From assembly GCA_036679605.1 (NCBI GenBank), contig JAZDCZ010000123.1:1-64000 (forward strand): DNA of 64,000 nt. Direction: 5' to 3'. Under the pieces are notes generated by a model, which saw only the letters and a list, made by a program, of their open reading frames with translations, had not been told where the DNA came from and ran no database searches. The translations under genes were made by a program, and so were the position numbers. Positions 9,522 through 19,607 of the stretch are shown here, one piece after another; position 1 is the stretch's first letter, and the number at the start of each line of letters is the position of its first letter. The DNA comes from Gemmatimonadota bacterium (GTDB lineage: Bacteria; Gemmatimonadota; Gemmatimonadetes; Gemmatimonadales; GWC2-71-9).

Positions 9522-10901
9522 TCAGGATGACGAATCCAGGAGGCCATATTTCTTGAGGCGGTATCGTAGCGTGTCTCTCGTGAGGCCGAGCAGGCCGGCC
9601 GTTCGAGTCTTGTTGCCGCGTGCTTGGGCCCACGCTTGATTAATCAAGTCCCTCTCGAGTTTTTCGAGGTCCACCCCACCCGCGGGCAATTTGAAACCGG
9701 GTTCGAGATCCAGTATTCGGCTTCCGAGGCGCAGTTCGTCGGGTAGGTGTTCCGGCAGTATCTCTGAGCCTTCCTCCAGGATCACGGCGCGCTCGAGAAC
9801 GTTGCGCACTTCCCTCGCGTTTCCCGGCCACGAGTAGCGTTTCAGCATGGCCAACGCTTCGTCGGCGATCGTTCGTGCAGGCCGCCGCAACGAAGTGGTG
9901 ATTGTCGCAAGGAAGAACTGTGCGAGAGGTTCGACGTCTTCCGGTCGTTCCCGAAGCGGAGGGATCATAATCGGTATCACGTTAAGACGGTAGAAGAGGT
10001 CTCGCCGAAACGCTCCGTCTCGAACCGCCGCCTCGAGGTCACGGTTGGTGGACGCGACGATCCGAACGTCCACACTGATATCCCGCATTCCTCCCACTCG
10101 CTTGAACGTACGCGTTTCGAGGAACCGCAACAGCTTGGCCTGCGCACCCAGCGGAAGGTCACCGATCTCATCAAGCAGTACCGTTCCACGGTCCGCCAGT
10201 TCAACCAGGCCTCGCTTGCGTTCGCGAGCGTCAGTAAACGCACCCCTCTCGTGGCCAAACAGCTCGGACTCGAGAAGGGTCTCGGGTAGTGCGGTACAGT
10301 TCACTTCGAGAAACGGAAACTCCCCCCGGGCACTCTGTGCGTGAATTGCACGAGCTACCACCTCCTTGCCGGCACCGCTTTCACCACGGATCAAAATCGT
10401 TGTGTTTTCGCTGGCTGCGACTTTTTCGACCAACTCTACCACGTGCTTCATCGCCGCCGATCGCCCGACGATCTCGACTCCGGCCAACCACCAACTGGCT
10501 TGCCTTCGCAGACCCGATACCGTGCGCTTGAGCGTTCGGGTTTCGAGCCCCTTGTTGAGCGTAATGAGCAGATCTTCCAGCTTGGGCGGCTTCTCGAGAA
10601 AATGGTAGGCTCCGACTTTGACGGCCTCAACAGCGGTCGAGATATCCCCGTGAGCCGTGAGCATGATCGCCACGAGCTGCTCGTCGGCATCCATGAACTC
10701 GCGCAGCAGTTCCATGCCGGTGCCGTCGGGGAGTCTTAGGTCCAGCAGCGCCGCATCCGGTGGCGTATCCTGAAACGCCCGTCTGGCCGACCGCGCATCC
10801 TCGGCAAGGATTACTCTAAACCCTCCGTCGCTCAGATGAGCCTCCAACCAAACCCGAATCAGGTTCTCGTCGTCTACGACCAGCACGACTGGTTTAGCCA
10901 C
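9522..10901 (-). CDS. sigma54-dependent response regulator (NtrC/ZraR/AtoC family)
   Basis: Receiver (VVDDE, LDLRLPD), GESGAGKE, ESELFGHERGAFTDA, Fis-type HTH. Confidence 0.93.
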   Translation of the reverse strand: MAKPVVLVVDDENLIRVWLEAHLSDGGFRVILAEDARSARRAFQDTPPDAALLDLRLPDGTGMELLREFMDADEQLVAIMLTAHGDISTAVEAVKVGAYHFLEKPPKLEDLLITLNKGLETRTLKRTVSGLRRQASWWLAGVEIVGRSAAMKHVVELVEKVAASENTTILIRGESGAGKEVVARAIHAQSARGEFPFLEVNCTALPETLLESELFGHERGAFTDARERKRGLVELADRGTVLLDEIGDLPLGAQAKLLRFLETRTFKRVGGMRDISVDVRIVASTNRDLEAAVRDGAFRRDLFYRLNVIPIMIPPLRERPEDVEPLAQFFLATITTSLRRPARTIADEALAMLKRYSWPGNAREVRNVLERAVILEEGSEILPEHLPDELRLGSRILDLEPGFKLPAGGVDLEKLERDLINQAWAQARGNKTRTAGLLGLTRDTLRYRLKKYGLLDSSS

Positions 10902-12657
10902 TTGTCATCTCCTCTGGTTGCACCGCGGGTAGTGCCACGATGAACGTCGCGCCGCCGCCCGGTGTGTCCTCCAGTCGCAGTTCTCCCCCGTGCCGCTCTA
11001 CGATCTGGTGTGATATTGGTAGGCCGAGTCCGGTTCCCTTGCTCTTCGTCGTGAAGAAGGGTCGAAACACATCGGCGCGGATCTTGGCTGGTACACCGGG
11101 GCCGCTATCCCGCACCATGATCAACACGTCCAGGGGATGCTCCGTAACCGATATCTCCACGAGGGCGCCGTCTTCCTGTGCGTCTAGGGCGTTAAGCATC
11201 AAGTTCACCAGAACTTGCACCATCAGTTCGGGGTCAACCCGTACAGCTGTCGCCATCGACGATAATTTGAGTTCCAATTTTGCCCCTTTGGATGTGGCTT
11301 GCGGATTCACTATATGAGCCGCCCGTTCAACGAGACCGTTGGGGTCGACAACCACTTCTCGGATCTCGGGGGGCCTGGCGTACCGCAGCAGCTGTGACGT
11401 TGTCGTCTCGATCCGATGGAGTTGCTGCTGGGCCTCTTCCAGCAGCGGCCGTGCCGGATCATCCGGCATGAAATTCTTTAGCGCGAGCTCCAAGGCTCCC
11501 TGCACTCCGGTCAGCGGATTCCTGACCTCGTGTGCGATGCCGCTGGCCAGTTCTCCCACTGTGGCGAGCTGTTGAGCCCGTTCCATTTCCCGATCATGGA
11601 GGCGGCCGATCTCTCGACGAGATTTCTTTAGGTCGTCCGCCATCTCATTGAATGCCTCTACCAATTGGTGTACTTCCATCGATCCGGATGGCCGAACCGG
11701 TTGGTGCGGTTCACCACGGCCAAACCGGCGGGATTGGTCCGCCAAGTCTCCGAGAGGCGTACTGATCGAACGGGCAACGAGGGCCGCGGTCACCGCGATC
11801 AAGACCACAAGGATACTAGCCGCCAGGACGGCTGCATCGCGAAAGCCCGCCAATGGAGCCAGGGCCGATCGGAGTGGCAGCGCGGCCGCGAAGATCCAAC
11901 GGGTGCCTGAGACGCGGGTCGTGACGACGAGAGAGCGTTTTCCGCCAATGTCCAATCGCGCCACCGTCACACTGTCGGTGGCAGCTCGGCGAAAGGCGGC
12001 AGCCAAATCGCGGGCGGCGTGTGCGTCCCCAACTAGAATGGGCCGGCCGGTTTCGTTAAGCAGTGCCGACTCAACCTGGCCCATGAGATGTCGCGGCATC
12101 GAGAACAATCGCCCAAAATCCTCGGCCCGCACGTGGCCCTCGAGCCAGGGACCGCCGTCAGAATCACTCAGCGGAATTCCAATCACGTAGGCCACTGCGC
12201 CCTGATCACCCCAATGCACTACAATAGGTTGCTGGCTCCATTGTCCCGCCGGGACACCTTGCGGCCAGTGCGGTGCAGTCTCACGAAGGGCTACGCCGGC
12301 TAAGATCCGACCCCCGCTTGTGACCAGGCGTAAACCGTCGAACACACCGTCATCCGGGAGGCTCTGCGCGAGCAACGCGGACAATCGGTCGGGCGCGCGA
12401 CTCCGAGCCGCTTCCCCGGATCCGAGGTGGCCAACAATGATGCGCAGAATGAGTCGCTGACGCCTGAGTTCGGTGGACAGGTGGATCGCTTGCTGACTTC
12501 CCAGCTCCTGTAGCGCCCGCTCTGCTTGGCTCGTGATTATGCTGCGGCTAACCATGTAGCCCACTGTGATAGCAGTACCGAGGGGGATGGCGCCGAACGC
12601 GAGTAGCAACACCAACAGTTGCGGCCCGAGTCGCATCCGCCCCCGCCAGCGTGTCAC
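10894..12657 (-). CDS. Sensor histidine kinase (periplasmic domain, HAMP, HisKA, HATPase)
   Basis: Two TMs, IAHEVRNPL H-box, NLMLNA, DSGPG, PFFTTKSKGTGLGL. Confidence 0.92.
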   Translation of the reverse strand: MTRWRGRMRLGPQLLVLLLAFGAIPLGTAITVGYMVSRSIITSQAERALQELGSQQAIHLSTELRRQRLILRIIVGHLGSGEAARSRAPDRLSALLAQSLPDDGVFDGLRLVTSGGRILAGVALRETAPHWPQGVPAGQWSQQPIVVHWGDQGAVAYVIGIPLSDSDGGPWLEGHVRAEDFGRLFSMPRHLMGQVESALLNETGRPILVGDAHAARDLAAAFRRAATDSVTVARLDIGGKRSLVVTTRVSGTRWIFAAALPLRSALAPLAGFRDAAVLAASILVVLIAVTAALVARSISTPLGDLADQSRRFGRGEPHQPVRPSGSMEVHQLVEAFNEMADDLKKSRREIGRLHDREMERAQQLATVGELASGIAHEVRNPLTGVQGALELALKNFMPDDPARPLLEEAQQQLHRIETTTSQLLRYARPPEIREVVVDPNGLVERAAHIVNPQATSKGAKLELKLSSMATAVRVDPELMVQVLVNLMLNALDAQEDGALVEISVTEHPLDVLIMVRDSGPGVPAKIRADVFRPFFTTKSKGTGLGLPISHQIVERHGGELRLEDTPGGGATFIVALPAVQPEEMTSG

Positions 12658-12687
12658 GATCCGATCTCAGTCCGCACGTAGGCCGAT

Positions 12688-12813
12688 GTGCCATTTGCCC
12701 CGACCGCCGGGCCAACTGCCACGAAGAACCTCGTTCGGTCCTCATCAAATGATGCTGTAACTCGTTGTAATACCGTCACCTGTGTCACTACCTCCGGCGG
12801 CTCCGAAGTTGCC
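12688..12813 (+). promoter_or_regulatory. sigma54 promoter with paired enhancer sites upstream of the Met-rich periplasmic protein
   Basis: GTGCCATTTGCCCC 12688-12701 and GGGCCAACTGCCAC 12709-12722; CGGCTCCGAAGTTGCC (GG 12799-12800, GC 12811-12812). Confidence 0.65.
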
Positions 12814-12923
12814 ATGGACCAATATCAGGCGCAAGGCCCAAGCCGCGTGCCCTGCGTCCACGCTGAACATTACAACGGCCGTCAGGGCCGATTCGAGCGA
12901 TAGCTCAAGTAAAGGAGAATAAA

Positions 12924-13577
12924 ATGAAAAAGCTCACAGCCAAATCGATGCTCAGGCAGGTAATACCGGCGGTCTTGATGTTAGCACCCATGTCGTTGGC
13001 TGCGCAGACATCCGGAATGCACATGGCACAATCGGACACGACCTCCCAGCAGAAGCAGGCCTGTCCAATGATGCAGATGATGGGTTCGGAGGGTATGTCC
13101 GGCGGTATGATGGGATCCCGCATGTCTGGCGGCACGATGGGATCCGGCATGACGAACAACCAAATGTCGAGTGCCGGAATGATGATGGGACTGCCGATGA
13201 TTAAGGCCATGAAGTTCTTGCCCGAGCGGGTGCTCGAGCTCCGGGATGAATTGTCCCTCCAACCGAAGCAGGTCACACAACTAGAAGGGCTGCAAACCGC
13301 CATGAGCACGGTCCGTCAGGAAGCGAGGGCTGCTGCTCCCATGCTGCTCAAGAAGTTGAATAAGGCGCTCGCGAGCGAGCGGCCCGACTCTGCCGCTGTC
13401 CGCGCAGCGGCCCAGCAGATGCTGAGGCGGCACGAACGAATGACCCTGAGCATGTGGACGACTTCGGCTGCCGTCAAAACGATCCTAACCACGAAGCAGC
13501 TCGAACGACTGGCAGAGACATCCGGTCAGCTGGGCCATATGTCCAACGGAATGCATTCTGATTCCGGCAACAAATAG
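12924..13577 (+). CDS. Met-rich periplasmic Spy/CpxP/ZraP-like metal-binding protein
   Basis: RBS AAGGAG, signal peptide, Met/Gly-rich tract, ELSLQPKQ and ILTTKQ (LTxxQ-like) motifs; divergent from the HK. Confidence 0.75.
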   Translation: MKKLTAKSMLRQVIPAVLMLAPMSLAAQTSGMHMAQSDTTSQQKQACPMMQMMGSEGMSGGMMGSRMSGGTMGSGMTNNQMSSAGMMMGLPMIKAMKFLPERVLELRDELSLQPKQVTQLEGLQTAMSTVRQEARAAAPMLLKKLNKALASERPDSAAVRAAAQQMLRRHERMTLSMWTTSAAVKTILTTKQLERLAETSGQLGHMSNGMHSDSGNK

Positions 13578-13595
13578 TCGATGACAGCTCAACTT

Positions 13596-13724
13596 GGGTC
13601 ATTTGCCCCGGTTGGCGCGCAGGCTGGCGCGGCCGGGGTATGACTCTCCATCTCGAAACAACCCCATAACCTCTTATCCCCAAACCACTTATGTCGTCTT
13701 AGACAACATGGTGCGGCTCGTGCC
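13596..13724 (+). promoter_or_regulatory. Putative sigma54 promoter and enhancer for cusCBA
   Basis: GGGTCATTTGCCCC 13596-13609; TGGTGCGGCTCGTGCC (GG 13710-13711, GC 13722-13723). Confidence 0.55.
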
Positions 13725-13780
13725 ACTACCTGGGGCACGTTCCAGTTGGTTCAGCCAAGAATTTTCGGCGGGAGAAAGTT

Positions 13781-15160
13781 TTGAAAAATGATCCAAAGGA
13801 GACTTGGAGGGTGACTGTTTCGCGTTCTGGACTGGCGGTGATCGGTACGCTAACCGTCATGGTGATCACAGCACCGCTAGCGGCGCAAACCCAAACACCG
13901 GTCAGAGCGCTTTCGGTTGACAGTCTGGTTCGGCTGGCGCTGCTGGCGAATCCGGATCTCAAGGCGATGGAGGCGCGAGCCTCGGCCTTCGAGTCCCGGA
14001 TCGCTCCCGCAGGTGCGTGGGACGATCCACGTTTCTCGGTAGGCGTGGTCAACCTACCCCTACCGAGTCTCAACTTCGATGGCACCCCCATGACTCAGGG
14101 AGTAAAGTTCACGCTCCAGGAGCGCATCGCGTTTCCAGGCAAGTTGGGTCTTCGCGAGGCTATTGCCAGGGCTGAGCACTCTACGGTCGCGGCTGAGGCA
14201 ACCGACAAGCGGTTCGAGATCATCACCGCGGTTCGCGCCACCTACTACGACCTCTACACAGTTGAGCGCGGTATCGAAATCTCGAGACGCCACGAGGCGC
14301 TGTTAGACGATTTCGTTCGAGTAGCCAACGTTCGATACAGAGTCGGGGCGGGGCTCCAGCAGGACGTGCTCAAAGCCAACGTGGAACGAGATCGCGTAAC
14401 CGAAAGGCTGTTGCAGCAGACGGCCCAGCGCGAAGCCGCGGTGGCCCGTCTCAACTCACTGTTGGACAGGCCACCGGGCACCTCTGCCCAAGCGCCAACT
14501 CTGCCGGAAAGCCTCGTCAGATTGGCATTTGCTACGCAAGACACAGCGACCGTGAAGTTCGCTGCGACGGTGGACCAAGAGCCGGATATCCCATCTCTGG
14601 CTTCACTCATCGATTCGGCAATCGCTCAGCGACCGCTGCTGGTAGCGTATCGTAGTTCGATCGACCGGCAGGGGTTCGCAACCGATCTCGCTCGGAAGAG
14701 TCTGTGGCCCGATGTTACCGTGTCTTTGGGATACGCCCAGCGGGGTGCGGGACAGGCGGACTTCTTCAGTGCGAGTATCGGTTTGAGCCTTCCCATATTC
14801 GCCGGACGAAAACAGAACCGGTTGATTGATGCCGCCCGGTCCAGCGAATTGCAATCAGAAGCTGCGTATCGGAACGCGATCAACCTCATCTCATCCCGGT
14901 TGGCAGATCTCAGAGCTCGTCTCATCGAGGCACGGGAACAAGTCACCCTCTATCGCGACGGGATATTGCCACAAGCCACTGCGGCACTCCAGTCGACCAC
15001 TTCGGCTTACCAGGTCGGCAGCGTCGATTTTCTCAACTTGGTCAACAGTGAGTCAACACTCTACCGCTACGAATTGCAGTATCACCGATTGCTCGCGTCG
15101 TTCATGAGGACGGCTGCAGACATGGAGCGCACAGTAGGAAGGGAGATCTTTTCGCAATGA
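13781..15160 (+). CDS. cusC: TolC-family outer membrane efflux channel (CusC-like); true start may be a GTG near 13810
   Basis: Signal peptide, ALLANPDL, FPGKLGLR, LSLPIFAGRKQ, AYQVGSVDFL; first gene of the RND operon. Confidence 0.88.
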   Translation: MKNDPKETWRVTVSRSGLAVIGTLTVMVITAPLAAQTQTPVRALSVDSLVRLALLANPDLKAMEARASAFESRIAPAGAWDDPRFSVGVVNLPLPSLNFDGTPMTQGVKFTLQERIAFPGKLGLREAIARAEHSTVAAEATDKRFEIITAVRATYYDLYTVERGIEISRRHEALLDDFVRVANVRYRVGAGLQQDVLKANVERDRVTERLLQQTAQREAAVARLNSLLDRPPGTSAQAPTLPESLVRLAFATQDTATVKFAATVDQEPDIPSLASLIDSAIAQRPLLVAYRSSIDRQGFATDLARKSLWPDVTVSLGYAQRGAGQADFFSASIGLSLPIFAGRKQNRLIDAARSSELQSEAAYRNAINLISSRLADLRARLIEAREQVTLYRDGILPQATAALQSTTSAYQVGSVDFLNLVNSESTLYRYELQYHRLLASFMRTAADMERTVGREIFSQ

Positions 15161-16377
15161 ATATTTATTGGATGGTCAAGGCTCGGGGGCGCGTGGCTCT
15201 GCTGGCAGCGGGTCTTGCAGTTACCGCCTGTGCGCAGGCTCCGGCTGCTGACATCGATGCCGCCGCGAAACTTCAGGACGAAGCAGCGGACACGCTCGCG
15301 ATGAAGGAGATGTCGGAAGATGGGCCTCAGATGGTCCATGTGACGGACGACGAGGCTTCTCGATTGGGCATCACGTTTGCCGAAGCGAAAGTGCGCTCCC
15401 TCGACAAGGTGATTCGGACGGTGGGTTTCGTGAGAGTCGCCGAGCCGCGTATGCATTGGGTCGCACCCAAGATCGGAGGTTGGATCGAGAGGCTCTACGT
15501 GGATTTCGAGGGTGAGTGGGTTCAAAAGGGCCAACCCCTGCTTGAGATCTACTCACCGGAACTCGTGTCGGCACAAGAGGAGTTGATTCTGGCGCGAAAC
15601 CTTCAACGGTCCCTGGCATCGAGTTCGATCTCCCAGGTTCGCAGTGCCGCCGACACACTTCTCAATTCGGCCCGTCTACGCCTCGAGTATTGGGACATTT
15701 CGGAAAAACAGATCGATGCGTTGGAGAGAACCGGCGAGGTAAAGAGGACGTTGACGCTCGAGTCTCCGTGGTCGGGCATAGTCATGGATAAGAACGTGCT
15801 GATTGGCAGCGCGACCAAGCCCGGGCAGCAGCTCTACATGATCGCAGATTTGTCTGTGGTATGGATCGAAACTGAATTCTATGAGGCGGACCTCTCTCTC
15901 ATTGCGAAAGGGCAGAGTGTCGATGTGAGCGTCACCGCGTATCCCGGCGAGAGCTTTCCGGGTCGCCTCGAGTATGTATACCCGACGCTGGATGAGAAGA
16001 CCCGAACACTCAAGGCTCGCGTCGCTGTTCGAAACAAGGGGAACCGGCTGAAGCCGGGGTTCTATGCCACCGTGCGGCTGTCCGTCAACGTTTCTGATAG
16101 CGCGCTCGCCATCCCGGCATCGGCGATCATACGGACCGGCGAGCGAGAGTTGGTGTTTGTGGTGCAACCGAGCGGCATGCTGGAACCGCGGGATGTGCGG
16201 CTCGGGCTGCGCGCGGGGAAATGGGTGCAGGTGCTCGAGGGATTGCAACCAGGCGAACGCCTCGTCAACAGCGCCACCTTCCTTATTGATTCGGAGTCGA
16301 ATCTGGGCGCCGTCACGGCGGCGATGGCGGGGATGGCGGGAATGGGAGCTAAGGAGAGCAGTGAAGACAAACGGTAA
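15157..16377 (+). CDS. cusB: RND periplasmic adaptor CusB
   Basis: GWIERLYVD, IYSPELVSAQEE, IADLSVVWIE, YPTLDEKTRT, FLIDSESNL. Confidence 0.9.
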   Translation: MNIYWMVKARGRVALLAAGLAVTACAQAPAADIDAAAKLQDEAADTLAMKEMSEDGPQMVHVTDDEASRLGITFAEAKVRSLDKVIRTVGFVRVAEPRMHWVAPKIGGWIERLYVDFEGEWVQKGQPLLEIYSPELVSAQEELILARNLQRSLASSSISQVRSAADTLLNSARLRLEYWDISEKQIDALERTGEVKRTLTLESPWSGIVMDKNVLIGSATKPGQQLYMIADLSVVWIETEFYEADLSLIAKGQSVDVSVTAYPGESFPGRLEYVYPTLDEKTRTLKARVAVRNKGNRLKPGFYATVRLSVNVSDSALAIPASAIIRTGERELVFVVQPSGMLEPRDVRLGLRAGKWVQVLEGLQPGERLVNSATFLIDSESNLGAVTAAMAGMAGMGAKESSEDKR

Positions 16378-16415
16378 GTGTGTAAACACGACAGCTAACA
16401 GCTAGGGGATTTCCA

Positions 16416-19400
16416 GTGCTCAAACGCATTATAGAGTGGTCGGTCAACAACAGATTCCTGGTAGGATTCTTCACGCTCACCGTTGTCGGATGGGGAGCGT
16501 GGGCTGCGGTCCGAACACCAATTGACGCGGTACCAGACTTGTCCGATATCCAGGTCATCGTCTTCACCGAGTTCAAGGGTCAAGCTCCGCAAATCGTGGA
16601 GGACCAAGTCACGTATCCGCTGACCACGGCAATGCTGGCAGTCCCTGGTGTGCGAGTCGTGCGTGGCTACTCGATGTTTGGGTTGTCTTTCGTGTATCTC
16701 ATCTTCGAAGACAACGTCGATCTGTATTGGGCGCGTTCTCGTGTACTGGAGTATTTGAATTATGTGTCGGGCCAGCTGCCTGAAGGTGTTCGACCGCAAC
16801 TTGGGCCTGATGCCACTGGAGTTGGGTGGGCGTTCGAGTACGTCGTCATTGGCGAGGGATACAGCCAACAAGAGCTACGGAGCATCCAGGACTGGTACAT
16901 TCGCTACCAGCTAACCAGCGTGCCGGGTGTTGCCGAGGTTGCGTCCGTCGGAGGTTTTGAAAAACAGTACCAGGTGTTACTCGACCCTGAACGGCTGCGG
17001 GCTTACGGCATTCCGCTCAAGAAAGTTCTGAGCGCGGTCCGGATGTCGAATGAAGATGTCGGTGGCCGGCTTCTCGAACTCGGCGGCACCGAATTCATGA
17101 TCCGCGGGCTCGGATACGTCGAGAACATCTCCGACATCGAGAGCATTCCCTTGGGCACTACAAATTTCGGTACGCCGATCCGACTGGCCGATGTAGCGAC
17201 CGTACAGTTGGGTCCAGAAATGCGGCGGGGGGCGGCCGATTGGAATGGGGCCGGCGAGACCGTAGCAGGAATCGTCGTCATGCGTTTCGGGGAGAACGCT
17301 CTGGACGTAATCGACCGTGTCAAAGCAAAGATCGAGGAGATCAAGCCAGGACTGCCGGATGGGGTGAAGATCGTGCCGGTTTACGATCGAACGGACCTCA
17401 TCAAGCGGGCGATAGACACCTTGAAAGAGAAGCTCCTGGAAGAGTCCATCGTCGTTGCGTTGGTGGCACTAGTTTTCCTCCTGCATTTCCGATCCGCCTT
17501 GGTGGCGATCCTTACCCTCCCGGTGGGGATCCTCATGGCGTTCATCCCGATGTACTACCTGGGATTCAATGCCAATATTATGAGCCTGGGTGGAATTGCT
17601 ATTGCCGTCGGTGCCATGATCGCGGCGGCCGTGCCGATGATCGAAAACCTCCACAAGCATATGGAACGCAATGGACAGGATGGAGAGCCTCGCCGCAGCC
17701 ATTGGGAATTGGTGCTCGATAGCACACGTGAGGTGGGACCGGCGCTCTTCTTTTCACTTCTGATCATCATAGTTTCATTCCTTCCGGTGTTTGCATTACA
17801 GGCACAAGAGGGCCGCCTGTTCAAGCCGCTGGCCGCGACAAAGACGTTTGTAATGGCGGCGTCGGCGCTCCTGTCGGTGACGCTCGTCCCGGTCGCCATG
17901 GGAATCTTGATCCGTGGCAAGATTCGTAGTGAAGCCGCGAACCCTGTCAACCGCATCATGCGGCGCCTGTATGAGCCGGTGCTTGGGTTCGCGTTGCGCA
18001 ATCGGTTTCTGGTGCTGGTGGGCGCCGGCGCAATCCTGGTGGCGACGGCATTTCCGTGGAAGCAACTGGGTAGCGAATTCATGCCGCCGCTGCGCGAGGG
18101 ATCGGTGATGTTCATGCCGACAACTCTCCCCGGGATATCCATCACCGAGGCACGCCGCATCTTACGTATCCAAGATTCGATCCTCACAACCTTCCCGGAG
18201 GTCGAGTCAGTCTTTGGTAAGGCCGGGCGTGCGCGAACCGCAACAGACCCGGCCCCACTTTCCATGATGGAGACGGTGATCACTCTTAAGCCCGAATCTG
18301 AATGGCGTCCCGGGATCACGTACGATTCTCTGGTGAACGAAATGGACCACGCGGTGCGCCTGCCGGGTGTCACCAACTCGTGGACGATGCCCATTAAGGC
18401 GCGCATCGATATGCTGGCAACAGGCATCCGCACGCCCGTTGGAATCAAGATATTCGGTCCAGACCTCGACACGTTGGAACGCCTTGGCAAGGTCATCGAG
18501 AAGGCCGTCCTGCGCGTGCCGGGCACCCGGAGCGCGATCGCCGATCGTTCGATGGGTGGTAGCTACATCGACATCGACATCGATCGGGACGCAGCAGCCC
18601 GGTACGGACTAGCGGTAGGGGATATTCAGCGGGTGGTTATGACGGCGATCGGTGGCAGGGCGTTGACCCAGACAGTCGAGGGTCTAGAGCGTTACACCAT
18701 CAACGTTCGCTATGCGCCGGAACTCCGCGACACACCAGAGGCGCTGGCTACCGTTCTGGTGCCGACGCCAATGGGTCCGCAGATCCCGCTCGGCCAGGTG
18801 GCGGATATTCGTCTGGCCAGTGGCCCGCCGATAGTCAAGACAGAAAACGCATTGCCTACCGCCTGGGTTTTCGTGGACGTCGAGGGACGAGACATAGGAT
18901 CCTACGTTAAGGAGGCACAGCAAGTAATTGCGTCCGCGGTACAACTGCCGGCCGGGTACTTCCTTCAATGGTCCGGGCAATACGAATACATGCAGCGCGC
19001 CAATCAGCGTCTCCGGGTAGTGGTACCAGTGACCCTGGCGCTGATCTTTCTGTTGCTGTTTCTCCATTTCAAGAACGTGACGCAGAGTGCGATGGTGATG
19101 GCGTCGCTGCCGTTTGCACTAGTCGGCGGTGTTTGGCTGATGTGGTTGCTAGGCTACAACATGAGTATCGCGGTGGGAGTGGGCTTTATCGCGCTGGCCG
19201 GAGTCTCAGTTGAGATAGGGGTCGTCATGCTCGTGTATCTGGATGAAGCGTACCATCGTCTGTCCGTGCACGGTGAAAGAGTGACGGCTGCGGCCCTTTT
19301 CGATGCCATCGGGGAAGGGGCCGGTGGGAGAGTACGCTCGGTCATAATGACTGTGACGGCCATCGTGGGCGGGCTCCTGCCGATCCTGTGGAGTTCCGGC

Positions 19401-19574
19401 ACCGGCGCTGGCGTCATGAAGCGGATAGCCGCGCCAATGGTCGGTGGTATGTTGTCGGCAACCGCACTCACGCTCGTTGTAATACCGGTGCTGTACAGCT
19501 TGTGGCGTGAATGGCAATTGAGGCGACGTCCGGTTGACGTGGTTGCGCACGAGGCCCTGGTCGTCGCGGACTAA
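16416..19574 (+). CDS. cusA: Heavy-metal RND transporter CusA (atypical proton-relay residues)
   Basis: DAVPDLSDIQVIV, LYWARSRVLEYL, LGPDATGVGW, Met triad FMP/APLSM/RIDML; TM4 reads GAMIAAAVPMIEN. Confidence 0.95.
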   Translation: MLKRIIEWSVNNRFLVGFFTLTVVGWGAWAAVRTPIDAVPDLSDIQVIVFTEFKGQAPQIVEDQVTYPLTTAMLAVPGVRVVRGYSMFGLSFVYLIFEDNVDLYWARSRVLEYLNYVSGQLPEGVRPQLGPDATGVGWAFEYVVIGEGYSQQELRSIQDWYIRYQLTSVPGVAEVASVGGFEKQYQVLLDPERLRAYGIPLKKVLSAVRMSNEDVGGRLLELGGTEFMIRGLGYVENISDIESIPLGTTNFGTPIRLADVATVQLGPEMRRGAADWNGAGETVAGIVVMRFGENALDVIDRVKAKIEEIKPGLPDGVKIVPVYDRTDLIKRAIDTLKEKLLEESIVVALVALVFLLHFRSALVAILTLPVGILMAFIPMYYLGFNANIMSLGGIAIAVGAMIAAAVPMIENLHKHMERNGQDGEPRRSHWELVLDSTREVGPALFFSLLIIIVSFLPVFALQAQEGRLFKPLAATKTFVMAASALLSVTLVPVAMGILIRGKIRSEAANPVNRIMRRLYEPVLGFALRNRFLVLVGAGAILVATAFPWKQLGSEFMPPLREGSVMFMPTTLPGISITEARRILRIQDSILTTFPEVESVFGKAGRARTATDPAPLSMMETVITLKPESEWRPGITYDSLVNEMDHAVRLPGVTNSWTMPIKARIDMLATGIRTPVGIKIFGPDLDTLERLGKVIEKAVLRVPGTRSAIADRSMGGSYIDIDIDRDAAARYGLAVGDIQRVVMTAIGGRALTQTVEGLERYTINVRYAPELRDTPEALATVLVPTPMGPQIPLGQVADIRLASGPPIVKTENALPTAWVFVDVEGRDIGSYVKEAQQVIASAVQLPAGYFLQWSGQYEYMQRANQRLRVVVPVTLALIFLLLFLHFKNVTQSAMVMASLPFALVGGVWLMWLLGYNMSIAVGVGFIALAGVSVEIGVVMLVYLDEAYHRLSVHGERVTAAALFDAIGEGAGGRVRSVIMTVTAIVGGLLPILWSSGTGAGVMKRIAAPMVGGMLSATALTLVVIPVLYSLWREWQLRRRPVDVVAHEALVVAD

Positions 19575-19607
19575 CTGCGGTAACAAGATTCAGGAAGAGG
19601 GAGCAAG

